A DNA stretch of 64,000 nt from Candidatus Xenobia bacterium (GTDB taxonomy: Bacteria; Vulcanimicrobiota; CADAWZ01), in the NCBI GenBank assembly GCA_031551355.1, contig JAVBNT010000034.1, positions 11,987-75,986 of the forward strand, written 5' to 3'. The number at the start of each line of letters is the position of its first letter. The first letter of the stretch is position 1. The notes beneath the pieces are model-generated. The model did not search any database and was not told the origin of the DNA. It saw only the letters and a list, made by a program, of their open reading frames with translations. The translations under genes were made by a program, and so were the position numbers. Shown one piece after another: positions 18,959-28,922 of the stretch.

Positions 18959-20344
18959 ATGCAAAGAAAATTCTTTATTTTTTGTATTGCTTTTTTGTTT
19001 GCCTGCTGCAGTTCTTCTTTTGCCGAAAATAAAAAACAGGATTCAAAGAGCAATAAATCACAGCGTGTTGTTACGATTACCGAATCGCAGTTTGATGACA
19101 TAATGAGGAAAATGGATTCCATGCAGCGCGAGATAGATTCTCTGAAACTCCAGTTGGAGAATTCACAGTCTGCGGAAAAAGCATCTTCAGTTGTAGCGGA
19201 AACATCTAGGCCGTCAAATGTTGCCGGAGAAAAGGCCGAAAAAAATCAGGATGGAATATCTGAGGAAACGTCCCCTGCCGATGATGAGTCGGTTTTGAAA
19301 GAGCTTCAGAGCCAACAGCAGTTGTCGGATACCGATGTTACTTCCGGCAATTCAGCTAAACTGCCGGAATCCGTATCTAATCCTAAGATAAGCATTAACG
19401 GAGACTTTCTCTGGAATATTAATAATAACCCTAATGTTGAAGGCGACAGCCCTTTTCAGGTCAGGGAAATTGAGTTTGCTTTTCAGGATAACATAGATCC
19501 GTGGAGCAAGGCCGATATTTTTGCCGGTTTAAAAAAAGAAGACGGCGAGTATGTCTTTGAGCTTGAAGAGGCTTATTTGACGCTTAATAAACTGCCGCTT
19601 ACACTGCAGGCAAGGGTGGGGCAGATGAGACTTCCTTTCGGAAAAGATAATGAGATTCACCAGCATGCCCTGCCTTATGTCGACAGGCCTGATGTAATCC
19701 ATAATTTCTTTGGTGAAGAAGGACAAAAGGGGATCGGCCTTGAGATGTCGGGGATTCTTCCTATGGGCAAAGTTTATGCCGAGTTTACCGGTGCCGTGGT
19801 TAAAAATCTTGCGAGCAGCTCATTCGATGAAAATGCGAACGGAAAACCGATGTATTTGGAAAGAGGACGCCTGTTCTCCGATTTAAGTGACAGTTCGAAC
19901 ATAGAATTGGGGTATTCCAATTTATCCGGTTATAACGATGTTGATACTTTGTACAATACTACCGTTCAGGGCGTTGATTTTACTTACCGCTGGAAGCCGC
20001 TCGATGCCGGGAACTACAGGTCTATAATGCTCAGAGGTGAGTATCTTTGGAGCAAGCGTTTTGCCGAAGACGGAGTATTGAAATCAAAAGGTTACTATGC
20101 TTTCGGTCAGTATCAGCTTAACAAAAACTGGTTTTTGGGAGGCCGTTATGACTATTCCGAGCAGCCTCAGGCTCCTGAATTATCCTCACATTCCTACAGC
20201 GCTATACTGACTTATTATCCTACCGAATATTGTTATTACAGGCTGCAGTATAAAAATGTAATGTCAAATTTTGAACCGAAGCAGAACCAGTGGCTCTTCC
20301 AGATTAATTTTCTTATGGGACCGCATGGTGCACATAAATTTTAA
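18959..20344 (+). CDS. Putative outer-membrane porin (signal peptide, coiled-coil, C-terminal beta-barrel ending in Phe)
   Basis: MQRKFFIFCIAFLFACCSSSFA signal; Q/E-rich coiled coil; alternating amphipathic beta-strand pattern (YxFxY...), terminal ...GAHKF; co-directional and immediately upstream of znuA-like gene. Confidence 0.5.
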   Translation: MQRKFFIFCIAFLFACCSSSFAENKKQDSKSNKSQRVVTITESQFDDIMRKMDSMQREIDSLKLQLENSQSAEKASSVVAETSRPSNVAGEKAEKNQDGISEETSPADDESVLKELQSQQQLSDTDVTSGNSAKLPESVSNPKISINGDFLWNINNNPNVEGDSPFQVREIEFAFQDNIDPWSKADIFAGLKKEDGEYVFELEEAYLTLNKLPLTLQARVGQMRLPFGKDNEIHQHALPYVDRPDVIHNFFGEEGQKGIGLEMSGILPMGKVYAEFTGAVVKNLASSSFDENANGKPMYLERGRLFSDLSDSSNIELGYSNLSGYNDVDTLYNTTVQGVDFTYRWKPLDAGNYRSIMLRGEYLWSKRFAEDGVLKSKGYYAFGQYQLNKNWFLGGRYDYSEQPQAPELSSHSYSAILTYYPTEYCYYRLQYKNVMSNFEPKQNQWLFQINFLMGPHGAHKF

Positions 20345-20355
20345 GGAGTATTTAC

Positions 20356-21276
20356 ATGAGAAAAATAATATTTGTTTTTTGTTTGTCTGTTATTGTTTGT
20401 TTCCTGTGCTTTCTTCCCGCGCAGGCCAGGATAAATATTGTTACGAGCACGCCTGACCTTAAGGATATTGCCCAACGTATCGGCGGCAGCAATGTTACGG
20501 TAACCTCTATCGCCAAAGGTTATCAGGACCCGCATTTTGTTGAACCGAAACCGTCTTATATGCTCCTTCTTAAAAAAGCCGATCTGTATTTGGTTATGGG
20601 TATGTCGCTTGAGTCCGGATGGTCACCTTCTCTTGAACAGGGTTCAAGAAATGCTTCTGTGATGAGGGGATCTGCCGGGTATGTTGACTGTTCTGCCGGG
20701 ATCACGCCGATAGAAGTCCCTCAGGGCGGAGCTGATAGGAGTATGGGTGATGTGCATCCTAACGGCAATCCTCATTATCAGTTGGACCCTGATAATGCAA
20801 GGATAATTGCCAAAAATATAGCGGCGGCGCTGATAAGGAAAGACCCGTCTTCAAAAGCTTTGTATGAGTCAAATCTAAGTTCTTTTGACAAGGCGGTTGT
20901 TAAGGCTGAGATAAGATGGCTTACGAAGATGAAGCCCTACAAGGGGATGAAGGTCGTGACCGATCATAAAATGTGGTCATATTTTGCCAAACGTTTTGGG
21001 CTTGATGTTGTGGCGACCATTGAGCCCAAGCCGGGGATATCTCCATCCCCCTCGCATATTGCCAAGGTCATATCGCTAATAAAGGAACAGGATGTAAAGC
21101 TGATCATCAGAACGCCGTATTTTGATGCGAAGGTTCCTGATATGATTGCCAGAAATACAGGCGTAAAAAATGTTGTTTTGCCTTCGTCTGTCGGAGGAGT
21201 TGACGGTATCGATGATTATTTTTCGTTATTCGACTATATAACGGACAGTATTGTAAAATCTGCGGCGGCAAAGTAG
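20356..21276 (+). CDS. znuA: Metal (Zn/Mn) ABC transporter substrate-binding protein, cluster-9 ZnuA/TroA family
   Basis: Signal peptide; YQDPHFVEPKPS, DVHPNGNPHYQLDP, TDHKMWSYF metal-coordinating His motifs of ZnuA/TroA family. Confidence 0.8.
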   Translation: MRKIIFVFCLSVIVCFLCFLPAQARINIVTSTPDLKDIAQRIGGSNVTVTSIAKGYQDPHFVEPKPSYMLLLKKADLYLVMGMSLESGWSPSLEQGSRNASVMRGSAGYVDCSAGITPIEVPQGGADRSMGDVHPNGNPHYQLDPDNARIIAKNIAAALIRKDPSSKALYESNLSSFDKAVVKAEIRWLTKMKPYKGMKVVTDHKMWSYFAKRFGLDVVATIEPKPGISPSPSHIAKVISLIKEQDVKLIIRTPYFDAKVPDMIARNTGVKNVVLPSSVGGVDGIDDYFSLFDYITDSIVKSAAAK

Positions 21277-21284
21277 GTGTTCTT

Positions 21285-22007
21285 ATGTTTATTAATTTTG
21301 ACAATGTTTCTATCGGATATAACGCAAGGCCTATTTTGCCGCCTCTGTCGATTGAGATCGAAAAGGGCGATTTTTGGGGTATTGTCGGGCCTAACGGCTC
21401 GGGTAAAACTACTTTTGTAAGGACATTGCTGGGCATCGCTAAACCTGTAGCCGGCAAAATAGCCGGTCCGGTAAACTTAAAATTCGGTTATGTGCCCCAG
21501 CGTGATTCCCTTGATTTGCTGTTTCCGTTTTCAGTAAGGGATATCGTTGAAATGGCGCAGTATCGCCGCTGCTCTTTTTTCAGAAAAATTGATTATGCGA
21601 TGGTGAATGAGACACTTGAGCGCCTTGGTATTGCGGATGTTGCGGGAAAAATGTTCAAAGAGCTTTCCGGCGGTCAAAAACAAAGGACGCTTATTGCCAG
21701 AGCGCTTGCCGGCAACCCTGATGTCCTTGTTCTTGATGAGCCGACAAACGGTATGGATATCAGGGCGGAAAAATCAATAATGGATTCGCTGAGCCGTTTG
21801 AACTCGGATGGACTTACTGTTATTATGGTCGCTCACCAGCTTAACCTTGTGGCGTCCTATTCGAAAAATGTTGTTATTCTGGGGGACAGGGTTTTTTCCG
21901 GCAGTGTAAGCGAGCTTGTCACCAGAGAACTGCTGTCCGAGGTTTACGGTTGCAGTATAGAGGTTTTTTCTGATGCCGGCGGACGGCGGACAATCGCTGC
22001 CGTCTAA
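21285..22007 (+). CDS. znuC: Metal ABC transporter ATP-binding protein
   Basis: Walker A GPNGSGKTT, signature LSGGQKQR, Walker B VLVLDEPT. Confidence 0.85.
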   Translation: MFINFDNVSIGYNARPILPPLSIEIEKGDFWGIVGPNGSGKTTFVRTLLGIAKPVAGKIAGPVNLKFGYVPQRDSLDLLFPFSVRDIVEMAQYRRCSFFRKIDYAMVNETLERLGIADVAGKMFKELSGGQKQRTLIARALAGNPDVLVLDEPTNGMDIRAEKSIMDSLSRLNSDGLTVIMVAHQLNLVASYSKNVVILGDRVFSGSVSELVTRELLSEVYGCSIEVFSDAGGRRTIAAV

Positions 22008-22058
22008 GATTTTTGTGAAATATATTCACCGCTTTATAAGGCGGCAAGAATTGGTAAG

Positions 22059-22907
22059 GTGATATTTATGCAAGAAATTTTTTCTCTGCCGTTTATGCAG
22101 ATTGCAATGATTGCCAGTGCTCTGTCCGGCATCGCCTGTTCTTATCTCGGCGTATTTGTAGTTCTCAGGAGAATAGTCTTTGTTGGGATTGCGTTGGCGC
22201 AGATCTCGGCTATGGGCGTTGCCGTTGCCGTTTTCTTTGAGCAGAATCCGTCGTTGTTTGCTTTTATTTTCACTGTTGCCGGAGGGCTGTTGCTGTCCCT
22301 CAACCGTTGTAACAGCAATATTCCCAAAGAAGTTCTAATAGGTGTTTCATTTGCCGCCGCCTGGGCCTTTGCCATTTTGGTCTTATCAAAGGCTTCGCAC
22401 GGAGAGGCTGACATGCTTAATCTTGTCCAGGGAAATATTTTGGGTGCTGACTGGAAGGATGTTCTTAACCTTGTTTACGTGATAATACCTGTCGGTATTA
22501 TTCATTTGGTGTTTTACCGTAAACTTGTGTTTACTTCCTTTGATGCTGAAACGGCGTCGACTTTGGGGATAAACCCGTTTTTATTTGACTTTTTATTTTA
22601 TGTCTGCCTAAGTCTCGTTGTCTCGGCATCGATCAGTCTGTGCGGAGTCTTGCTGACGTTTTCATTCCTGATGATTCCGGGAGCAGTGGCTCTTTTGCTT
22701 GGCCGGTCAATGAAAGCTGATTTTTTAATTTCATTTGTAGTATCAATTTTTTCGTCTTTTGCCGGAATTGTTATTTCTTTTAAATTTGATTTGCCTGCGG
22801 GTCCCTCGATCGTCGCTGTTTTATCAATGTTTTTCGCTTTTGCATATGTTATTAGATTTTTTTTGGTAAAGCCGTCTTTTCTGTTGACTAAAAATCTGTA
22901 TAAATGA
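22059..22907 (+). CDS. znuB: Metal ABC transporter permease (ABC-3 family)
   Basis: ~8 TM helices, ABC-3 family pattern; completes SBP-ATPase-permease operon. Confidence 0.8.
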   Translation: MIFMQEIFSLPFMQIAMIASALSGIACSYLGVFVVLRRIVFVGIALAQISAMGVAVAVFFEQNPSLFAFIFTVAGGLLLSLNRCNSNIPKEVLIGVSFAAAWAFAILVLSKASHGEADMLNLVQGNILGADWKDVLNLVYVIIPVGIIHLVFYRKLVFTSFDAETASTLGINPFLFDFLFYVCLSLVVSASISLCGVLLTFSFLMIPGAVALLLGRSMKADFLISFVVSIFSSFAGIVISFKFDLPAGPSIVAVLSMFFAFAYVIRFFLVKPSFLLTKNLYK

Positions 22908-23034
22908 AGGATTAACTTTCCTTTTCTGAGAATATCTGTCTTAAAGAGGGTGGGGTAACCGTTATTATGTTTTAGGCCGGTTTGCTTCGATATTGTTTCG
23001 GAGCTTATAAGGCTAATTTGGAAGGGAGTTTTGT

Positions 23035-24267
23035 ATGCCGGTTACGAGATATGATATCTTTTTCGCTGTCGCCGCACAGGGGGATTCCGACGAAAAAGAT
23101 ATAAAAAATTTTCTGTCTGTTCATGATGATATGCTTTTTGCCCAGGATGTTCAACTGCTTGTTTCCGATAAGCTTCTCGAACGCCACGGGAGCATCTTGA
23201 AATATCCGGCCAACAATCAGAACGCGTCGCTGTTGTTTAATGTCCTCTCATTCACTGTTACTCATAATATAAATTATAACAGTTACATTTCAAGCCCGAT
23301 GCTGGTCTTTTTGGAACAGACTTATGCACAGAATTATTTTTCAATTGCCGACGTCCAGCAGTTTGACGATATGAAAAGGATAAACATATCGATATTGCGT
23401 AAGGACGGGTTTTTGCTGATGATGGAAGAGTCTCCTTTCAGAGCAAAGATAATACAGAACAGCTTTTTTGATATAATACTGAAATTAAACAGAAGATCTG
23501 TTGCCAATACGGACAAGAAAAGAAAAACTATGTCTGTAGAGGCCATGCTTATGGAAGAAATGATTAAAAAGCAGATGGCTGCCAAGTTCGGCTCTGCAAT
23601 TGCTTCTCCTAAGCCGGAAATTCCTTATTATGAAGAGGACGATCCGGTGAAAGGTGTCTTTTTACATCTGTCCAGGGAACAAAAAGCCATAAAAGCCATA
23701 CTTTCATTGAAAAATCAGGAAGCTCTTAATGTTACTTTTACTCAGAACCTGCAAAAAGCACAGGAGCTGATGAGAAGAAATGTTTCCCTTAGAAAAGGGC
23801 TGTCGGCAGAACTTATTGTCGAATACCATAAGGTATTGATGGACGATCCCGAAATCGGTGGTATTTTCCGCACGGAGCAGGTTGTGGTAGCCGGAAATCC
23901 GCATTTTAAAATTTGCCCTCATAACAAAATAAAAGACAGTCTTAACAAACTGCTCGACAGGTATGCGAAAGCTAAATTTAAAGGTTTGCCTGATGTGGTA
24001 AAATTTGGAGCTTATCTGCACAATGAACTTCAGCATATACACCCGTTTGTTGACGGCAACAGCCGTTTGACGAGACTTGTTATGCAGCACTTTTTCAGTC
24101 TGTATAACCTTCCGGATTACGAGATTCCCGTACCGTATATAAGCAGATATACGGCCCTTACCAAAGGTGCCAGAAACAGGGATGATAATAAACTGTTTGA
24201 GCTTCTAAAAGAGATCTTTTTGTATATGATGAAGGTTGCCACTTCATCATCCGTTGTCGTAAAATAA
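23035..24267 (+). CDS. Fic/Doc family protein with long N-terminal extension
   Basis: Fic motif HPFVDGNSRLTR (HxFx(D/E)GN(G/S)RxxR) near C-terminus; 410 aa. Confidence 0.75.
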   Translation: MPVTRYDIFFAVAAQGDSDEKDIKNFLSVHDDMLFAQDVQLLVSDKLLERHGSILKYPANNQNASLLFNVLSFTVTHNINYNSYISSPMLVFLEQTYAQNYFSIADVQQFDDMKRINISILRKDGFLLMMEESPFRAKIIQNSFFDIILKLNRRSVANTDKKRKTMSVEAMLMEEMIKKQMAAKFGSAIASPKPEIPYYEEDDPVKGVFLHLSREQKAIKAILSLKNQEALNVTFTQNLQKAQELMRRNVSLRKGLSAELIVEYHKVLMDDPEIGGIFRTEQVVVAGNPHFKICPHNKIKDSLNKLLDRYAKAKFKGLPDVVKFGAYLHNELQHIHPFVDGNSRLTRLVMQHFFSLYNLPDYEIPVPYISRYTALTKGARNRDDNKLFELLKEIFLYMMKVATSSSVVVK

Positions 24268-24269
24268 AA

Positions 24270-24338
24270 CAAAAACAGGCGAATTTGTGCCGCTAAATTT
24301 GATTTGGCTTAACATCTCCGCCTGTTTTTTATTTTTTG
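24270..24338 (+). terminator. Terminator-like hairpin derived from a family A repeat fragment, followed by T-run
   Basis: aaacaggcg...ggcttaacatctccgcctgttttttattttttg: 9-bp stem arms with internal A-family motif ttaacatctccgcc. Confidence 0.45.
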
Positions 24339-24371
24339 AATAATAAATCTGGCACCCTTGTTTGTTTTTTT

Positions 24372-24410
24372 ATGTAAACAGAAAAAGGGGCGAATAAAAA
24401 TAAAAACGCC
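24372..24410 (-). terminator. Probable rho-independent terminator for metallophosphoesterase gene (minus strand)
   Basis: aaggggcg...cgccctctt stem with U-run on minus strand. Confidence 0.4.
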
Positions 24411-24450
24411 CTCTTACAGGCGTTTTGTATGTTTTCAAAAAATCGGAATT

Positions 24451-25338
24451 CTATATTTCTATGTTCACCGGATTGCTGGAATCTACGTCATAACTTATAT
24501 TTATGCACTTGATCTGCCCTTTGGAGAAACTTTGCCGGTGGTGGACGTGACCCCATAGTGCAAGTGATACTTTCTGATGCCGGTAAAGTACATCTCCCAG
24601 ATGTTTGCTGCCGGCAAAAGCATTGGTGAAACAAATATTCGGTTTGGCGTTGTTTCTGGCCAGAGCTTCCTTGAAAGGCACACAATGAAAAACTGCGACT
24701 ATTTTTTCCACATTATTTTCAACGGCTCTTAAGTGATCTTCCAGTTTGTCCTGCATCATCAGGCAGAACTCTCTGTCATCCCAGAAATTTTTTATAAAAT
24801 CCTTGTCATTACATCCGGTTCCCTGAATCATTCCCAGAAACCCCCTGTAATACATTTCTTTTTTCTGCCAATCCTCAAGAGTTATTTCATTCCATTTTAC
24901 AACTTCCGGCAGTGACATTTTCTTGCTGTCTTTATACCTAAGGAATTGGGTGCCGGGAGGCGGAGCAAAGACACGGGCAAATGAATAGTCATACCAGCCG
25001 ACATTGCCTACAAAGCCGATGTTTTTGTGGACAAACGGCCCTTGATCCAATAGGTGAATACCGTATTTGTTACATATGTCCGGCATTGTCGTGGTGTAAC
25101 GCTCTTTTGAATCTCCGTCGGAAACCCAAAGATCATGATTTCCTATTACATAAAGCTTCGGTCCGGGAAACATTGAGATTTCTCCAAAAAAATCTTCCAA
25201 AGCTGAATCATTGGCCGGTGCTATATCTCCGGCAAGAATCATTACATCCGCATTGCTTCCGACAAGCTGCCTTACTAATGCAGGCATTTTTGCCTGATAT
25301 TTAGGTATATGAATATCTGATGTTGCTACTATTTTCAT
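24451..25338 (-). CDS. Calcineurin-like metallophosphoesterase
   Basis: MKIVATSDIHIP, ILAGDI, GNHDLW, GHVHH motifs (D-x-H / GD / GNH(D/E) / GH). Confidence 0.8.
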   Translation of the reverse strand: MKIVATSDIHIPKYQAKMPALVRQLVGSNADVMILAGDIAPANDSALEDFFGEISMFPGPKLYVIGNHDLWVSDGDSKERYTTTMPDICNKYGIHLLDQGPFVHKNIGFVGNVGWYDYSFARVFAPPPGTQFLRYKDSKKMSLPEVVKWNEITLEDWQKKEMYYRGFLGMIQGTGCNDKDFIKNFWDDREFCLMMQDKLEDHLRAVENNVEKIVAVFHCVPFKEALARNNAKPNICFTNAFAGSKHLGDVLYRHQKVSLALWGHVHHRQSFSKGQIKCINISYDVDSSNPVNIEI

Positions 25339-25368
25339 TTGAACGAGTCCATATCCATATTTTTTATT

Positions 25369-27372
25369 TTAGTGAACCCTGTCTCCATTTTTGGCTCCCT
25401 TATCCGGTCTCAGAACAAAAATATCTTTTCCTCCGTCGCCGGCGGCAATAACCATACCCTCGCTTATTCCGAACTTCATTTTTCTCGGTTTCAAATTGGC
25501 AACCATCACGACTTTCGTTCCTATAAGCTGCTGCGGATCGTATGCTGATTTTATTCCGGCAAAAACATTTCTTTTTCTGCCGTCACCGATATCCAATGTT
25601 AAACGCAACAGAGAATCTGCATTTTCAACGTATTGCGCATCGTCAACATTTGCTACTCTTAAGTCTATTTTTGCAAAGTCTTCTATCGTGCATTCCGGAG
25701 CGATATCCTCTATTTCAGGCTGCTTGGTTTCGTTGTTTTCGGCTTGCGTCTGTTCAAGCATTTTTTCGATCTGCTCTCTCTCCACCCGCTGTGCTAAATG
25801 AGGGAATTTGTCAATGACATTCTTCTCTATGGATTCGTCAAGGTCCTGCCATTTGAGTGATTTTATTTTCATGTATTTTTCGATAATTCCAACAAGTGAA
25901 GGCATAACCGGTTTTATGTAAATTGCCAGTATTCTAAAGGCTTCCAAAGCCGCCGTCAGTTTTGATCTGGTAAGTTCAAGATCTGTTTTGACGGTACTCC
26001 ATGGAGCACTGTCCTCGACGAATTTGTTGGCAATATCGGCCAGACGGCAAATTTCCCTTATTGCTTTTGCAAAGTCAAGAGATTCGTAGCTTTCACGGAG
26101 CATCTCTGACTGGGCTTTAATTGAGTCTATAAACGGCTTGTCTTCCGGCAGTATTGTTCCCGTTCTGCTTTCAAGTGATTTTGAAAGAATTGAAGACGCC
26201 CTGACGCCGAGGTTGGCAAATTTTCCAAGTATGTCGGAGTTGACTCTCGCCTGAAAATCGCTAAGGTTTAAATCAAGATCACCGATTCCTCCGGATATTT
26301 TACACGCATAGTAGTATCTTAGAAACTCCGGATTAATGTTGTCCGCAAATGTAGAGGCTTTTATAAAAGTGCCTCTCGACTTTGACATTTTTTCGCCGTC
26401 AACAGTCAGAAAGCCATGTATAAAAACTTTTTTTGGTGTGTTAAAACCCGAACACATCAGCATTGCCGGCCAGAAAAGGCAGTGAAAATACATTATATCC
26501 TTACCGATAAAATGGTAGATGTCCGTATCTGCGGATTTCCACCAGGATTCAAAATCTTCTCCGTTTTTATCACACCAGTTTTTAGTCGCCGCCATATAGC
26601 CGACGGGTGCGTCAAGCCAAACATAAAAATATTTATCCTGTGTTCCCGGGATTTTGAAACCAAAGTATGGTTCATCTCTGGAGATGTCCCAGTCCTTCAA
26701 TCCTTCTTTAAACCATTCCTGAAGTTTTCGTTTTACTTCTGTCTGCAGGTGGTCCTCTTCAAACCAATTCTGCAGGCGCTCTGAGAAGTCCCCTAGTTTG
26801 AAAAAGTAATGGGTTGTCGATCTCCATACCGGTTCAGTTTTACACACGGAACAATGCGGTTTCTGCAGTTCCGACGTGTTATAGGTGGCGCTGCATATTT
26901 CACAGGAATCCCCGTATTGGTCTTCGGCTCCGCATTTTGGACATTGTCCTCTTATAAATCTGTCGGGCAGGAACATTTTGTCCTCTTCACAGTAGAATTG
27001 TGATATCTCCCGCTGGGTGATGTGACCGCCTTCCGACATTTTTGCATAGATATATTCACAAAGCTCTCTATTCTCATCCGAGTGAGTCGTGTAATAATTG
27101 TCAAATTCTATATTAAAACGGCTGAAATCTTCAAAGTGTTCTTTTTGAGTTTTGGCAATCAGCTCTTCCGGCAATATTCCGGCTTTTTTTGCCGTGATCA
27201 TAATCGGTGTGCCGTGGGTGTCGTCGGCACACATATATACGCACCTGTTTCCCAGCATTTTTTGAAACCGTACCCATATATCCGTCTGCAGATATTCTAC
27301 GAGATGCCCAAGGTGTATCGGGCCGTTTGCATATGGGAGTGCGGATGTTACAAGCATTCTCTTTTTATTCAT
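25369..27372 (-). CDS. metG: Methionyl-tRNA synthetase with C-terminal tRNA-binding (EMAP/Trbp111-like) domain
   Basis: SALPYANGPIHLGHL (HIGH), KMSKSRG, Zn knuckle CPKCGAEDQYGDSCEIC...CSVC; C-terminal ...RVANVDDAQYVENADSLLRLTLDIG. Track start is TTG at 27405; ATG at 27372 preferred. Confidence 0.9.
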   Translation of the reverse strand: MNKKRMLVTSALPYANGPIHLGHLVEYLQTDIWVRFQKMLGNRCVYMCADDTHGTPIMITAKKAGILPEELIAKTQKEHFEDFSRFNIEFDNYYTTHSDENRELCEYIYAKMSEGGHITQREISQFYCEEDKMFLPDRFIRGQCPKCGAEDQYGDSCEICSATYNTSELQKPHCSVCKTEPVWRSTTHYFFKLGDFSERLQNWFEEDHLQTEVKRKLQEWFKEGLKDWDISRDEPYFGFKIPGTQDKYFYVWLDAPVGYMAATKNWCDKNGEDFESWWKSADTDIYHFIGKDIMYFHCLFWPAMLMCSGFNTPKKVFIHGFLTVDGEKMSKSRGTFIKASTFADNINPEFLRYYYACKISGGIGDLDLNLSDFQARVNSDILGKFANLGVRASSILSKSLESRTGTILPEDKPFIDSIKAQSEMLRESYESLDFAKAIREICRLADIANKFVEDSAPWSTVKTDLELTRSKLTAALEAFRILAIYIKPVMPSLVGIIEKYMKIKSLKWQDLDESIEKNVIDKFPHLAQRVEREQIEKMLEQTQAENNETKQPEIEDIAPECTIEDFAKIDLRVANVDDAQYVENADSLLRLTLDIGDGRKRNVFAGIKSAYDPQQLIGTKVVMVANLKPRKMKFGISEGMVIAAGDGGKDIFVLRPDKGAKNGDRVH

Positions 27373-27543
27373 AATTATTTCATATAGTCTCCTGTGTTTA
27401 AGCAATTAGTGAATATTCACCAAAAAAACTTTTTCTTCCTGCGGTTTTCCTTTTCCGGGCAGTATTATTGCTTTTTTTATCTTCCGCCGGATTTGCAGGC
27501 TGTTAATTGAGTCCGGCAGGTTTTTTTTACTTAAAAAAATAAT

Positions 27544-28446
27544 TTGTTGAATATTATGACAGCAATGCCTTCCGCCGCATATTTTATTGTTCCCCTTTGC
27601 ATTATCGCTTCGTCTGTTGAGCCGATAGTTGCCAAGATGTGCTATACATCAATGTTTATCGCGCCTCTTGCTCTTATGGCGGTAAAATTTGTGTCCGGCG
27701 GAATTCTTTCGATTCCTTCTTTCATTATCAGGAAGAAATGCCTGAACGCCGGAAATTTTCTTAAGGTCATACCGCTGGGAATTTTGCTTTTTGTTACCGG
27801 AGCCTGTGTGCTGTTTGCGCTGAATGATCTGTCTGCAAGTATGGTTATCACGATTATAACTACCACTCCGGCATTTGTGGCTTTTGTCAACAGCTCCAGA
27901 GGGAGGGCAAAGCTCGGGCACACTTTTTGGGTAGGATTTTTCCTTTGTTTTCTGGGTATTGTGCTTACTCTTAATCTGCCCCTTTTTTCGGCAACTTCGG
28001 AGATTGCCGCTCCACCTGATGTTAAGTCGCTCAGAGGAGCTGCGCTTGCTTTCCTTTCGGTCTTTCTTTCCACCGCATACAGGACAAGACTTGAAGTAGT
28101 TACGGAAACGCTGCCGTCGTCGGCTGTGTCGGCCTGGATGTTTGTTATCTCAGGGTTATTGGGTCTGCTTTTGTTTCCCTTTGTGGGAGAGTTGGATCTC
28201 AGGGGGGTACTGTTTGGCGTTTTTCTCGGTTTTGCCGGTGTCTGTGCAAATATAACTTTTGTTAAAAGTGTACAGCTTATTGGCTCGACAAGAATGTCGG
28301 TGATTACCCTGATTCAGAGGCCGCTTGTCATTTTTTTGGCTGCACTGTTGCTAAAAGAGCCTTTGTCGGCTGTGCAGGTTGCGGGAATTGTTATGGTTAT
28401 AGCCGGTATATCGCTTGCCAGAGTGGAGCAGGTCTCATCTAAATAG
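27544..28446 (+). CDS. DMT superfamily (EamA-like) transporter
   Basis: 300 aa, ~10 TM helices in two EamA-like halves. Confidence 0.6.
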   Translation: MLNIMTAMPSAAYFIVPLCIIASSVEPIVAKMCYTSMFIAPLALMAVKFVSGGILSIPSFIIRKKCLNAGNFLKVIPLGILLFVTGACVLFALNDLSASMVITIITTTPAFVAFVNSSRGRAKLGHTFWVGFFLCFLGIVLTLNLPLFSATSEIAAPPDVKSLRGAALAFLSVFLSTAYRTRLEVVTETLPSSAVSAWMFVISGLLGLLLFPFVGELDLRGVLFGVFLGFAGVCANITFVKSVQLIGSTRMSVITLIQRPLVIFLAALLLKEPLSAVQVAGIVMVIAGISLARVEQVSSK

Positions 28447-28482
28447 GATTTTATCTATTTATTTTTTTGAGTTCCGGTGTCT

Positions 28483-28818
28483 TTAAAGCAGCGCAATATC
28501 GATATTATTCTTTTTTATTTTTTTAGCTATTTTTTCGTCTGTGCCTGATGCGCTCGCCAATTCCGAGAAAAGTAACCGTAGACTTGCTATTGTTTCCTGG
28601 TTGAGTGAGTAATAAGTCCATAGTCCGTCATTTCTTGTTTTTACAAGTTCGGCTTCGGTCAGGATTTTCATATGGTGGGAAAGTGTCGGCTGGGAAATAT
28701 TGAAATGTCTGAGAATTTGCAGGGCATTCATTTCGGCGTTTTTCGATATAAGTTTAACTATACTTAATCTGTTTGTCTGTGAAACGGCTTTTAAAGCGTC
28801 AAGGCCGGAGTTTTTCAT
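28483..28818 (-). CDS. ArsR/SmtB family transcriptional regulator
   Basis: wHTH: ALQILRHFNISQPTLSHHMKILTEAELV...YYSL. Confidence 0.75.
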   Translation of the reverse strand: MKNSGLDALKAVSQTNRLSIVKLISKNAEMNALQILRHFNISQPTLSHHMKILTEAELVKTRNDGLWTYYSLNQETIASLRLLFSELASASGTDEKIAKKIKKNNIDIALL

Positions 28819-28922
28819 TGTTGCGGCTCCTTTTTTGCAGTTTTGCCTGTTTATGTAGTATAGACTAATATCTATGTGATGTCAAACCGCTTTCTATGGA
28901 ATTAGCGTGTTTCTTGTGGCAT

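Noticed and set aside
18916-18960. AT-rich near-palindrome upstream of the porin/znu operon as a possible Zur box
   Set aside because: The inverted symmetry is imperfect and no match to a known Zur consensus could be made by eye. Left unannotated.
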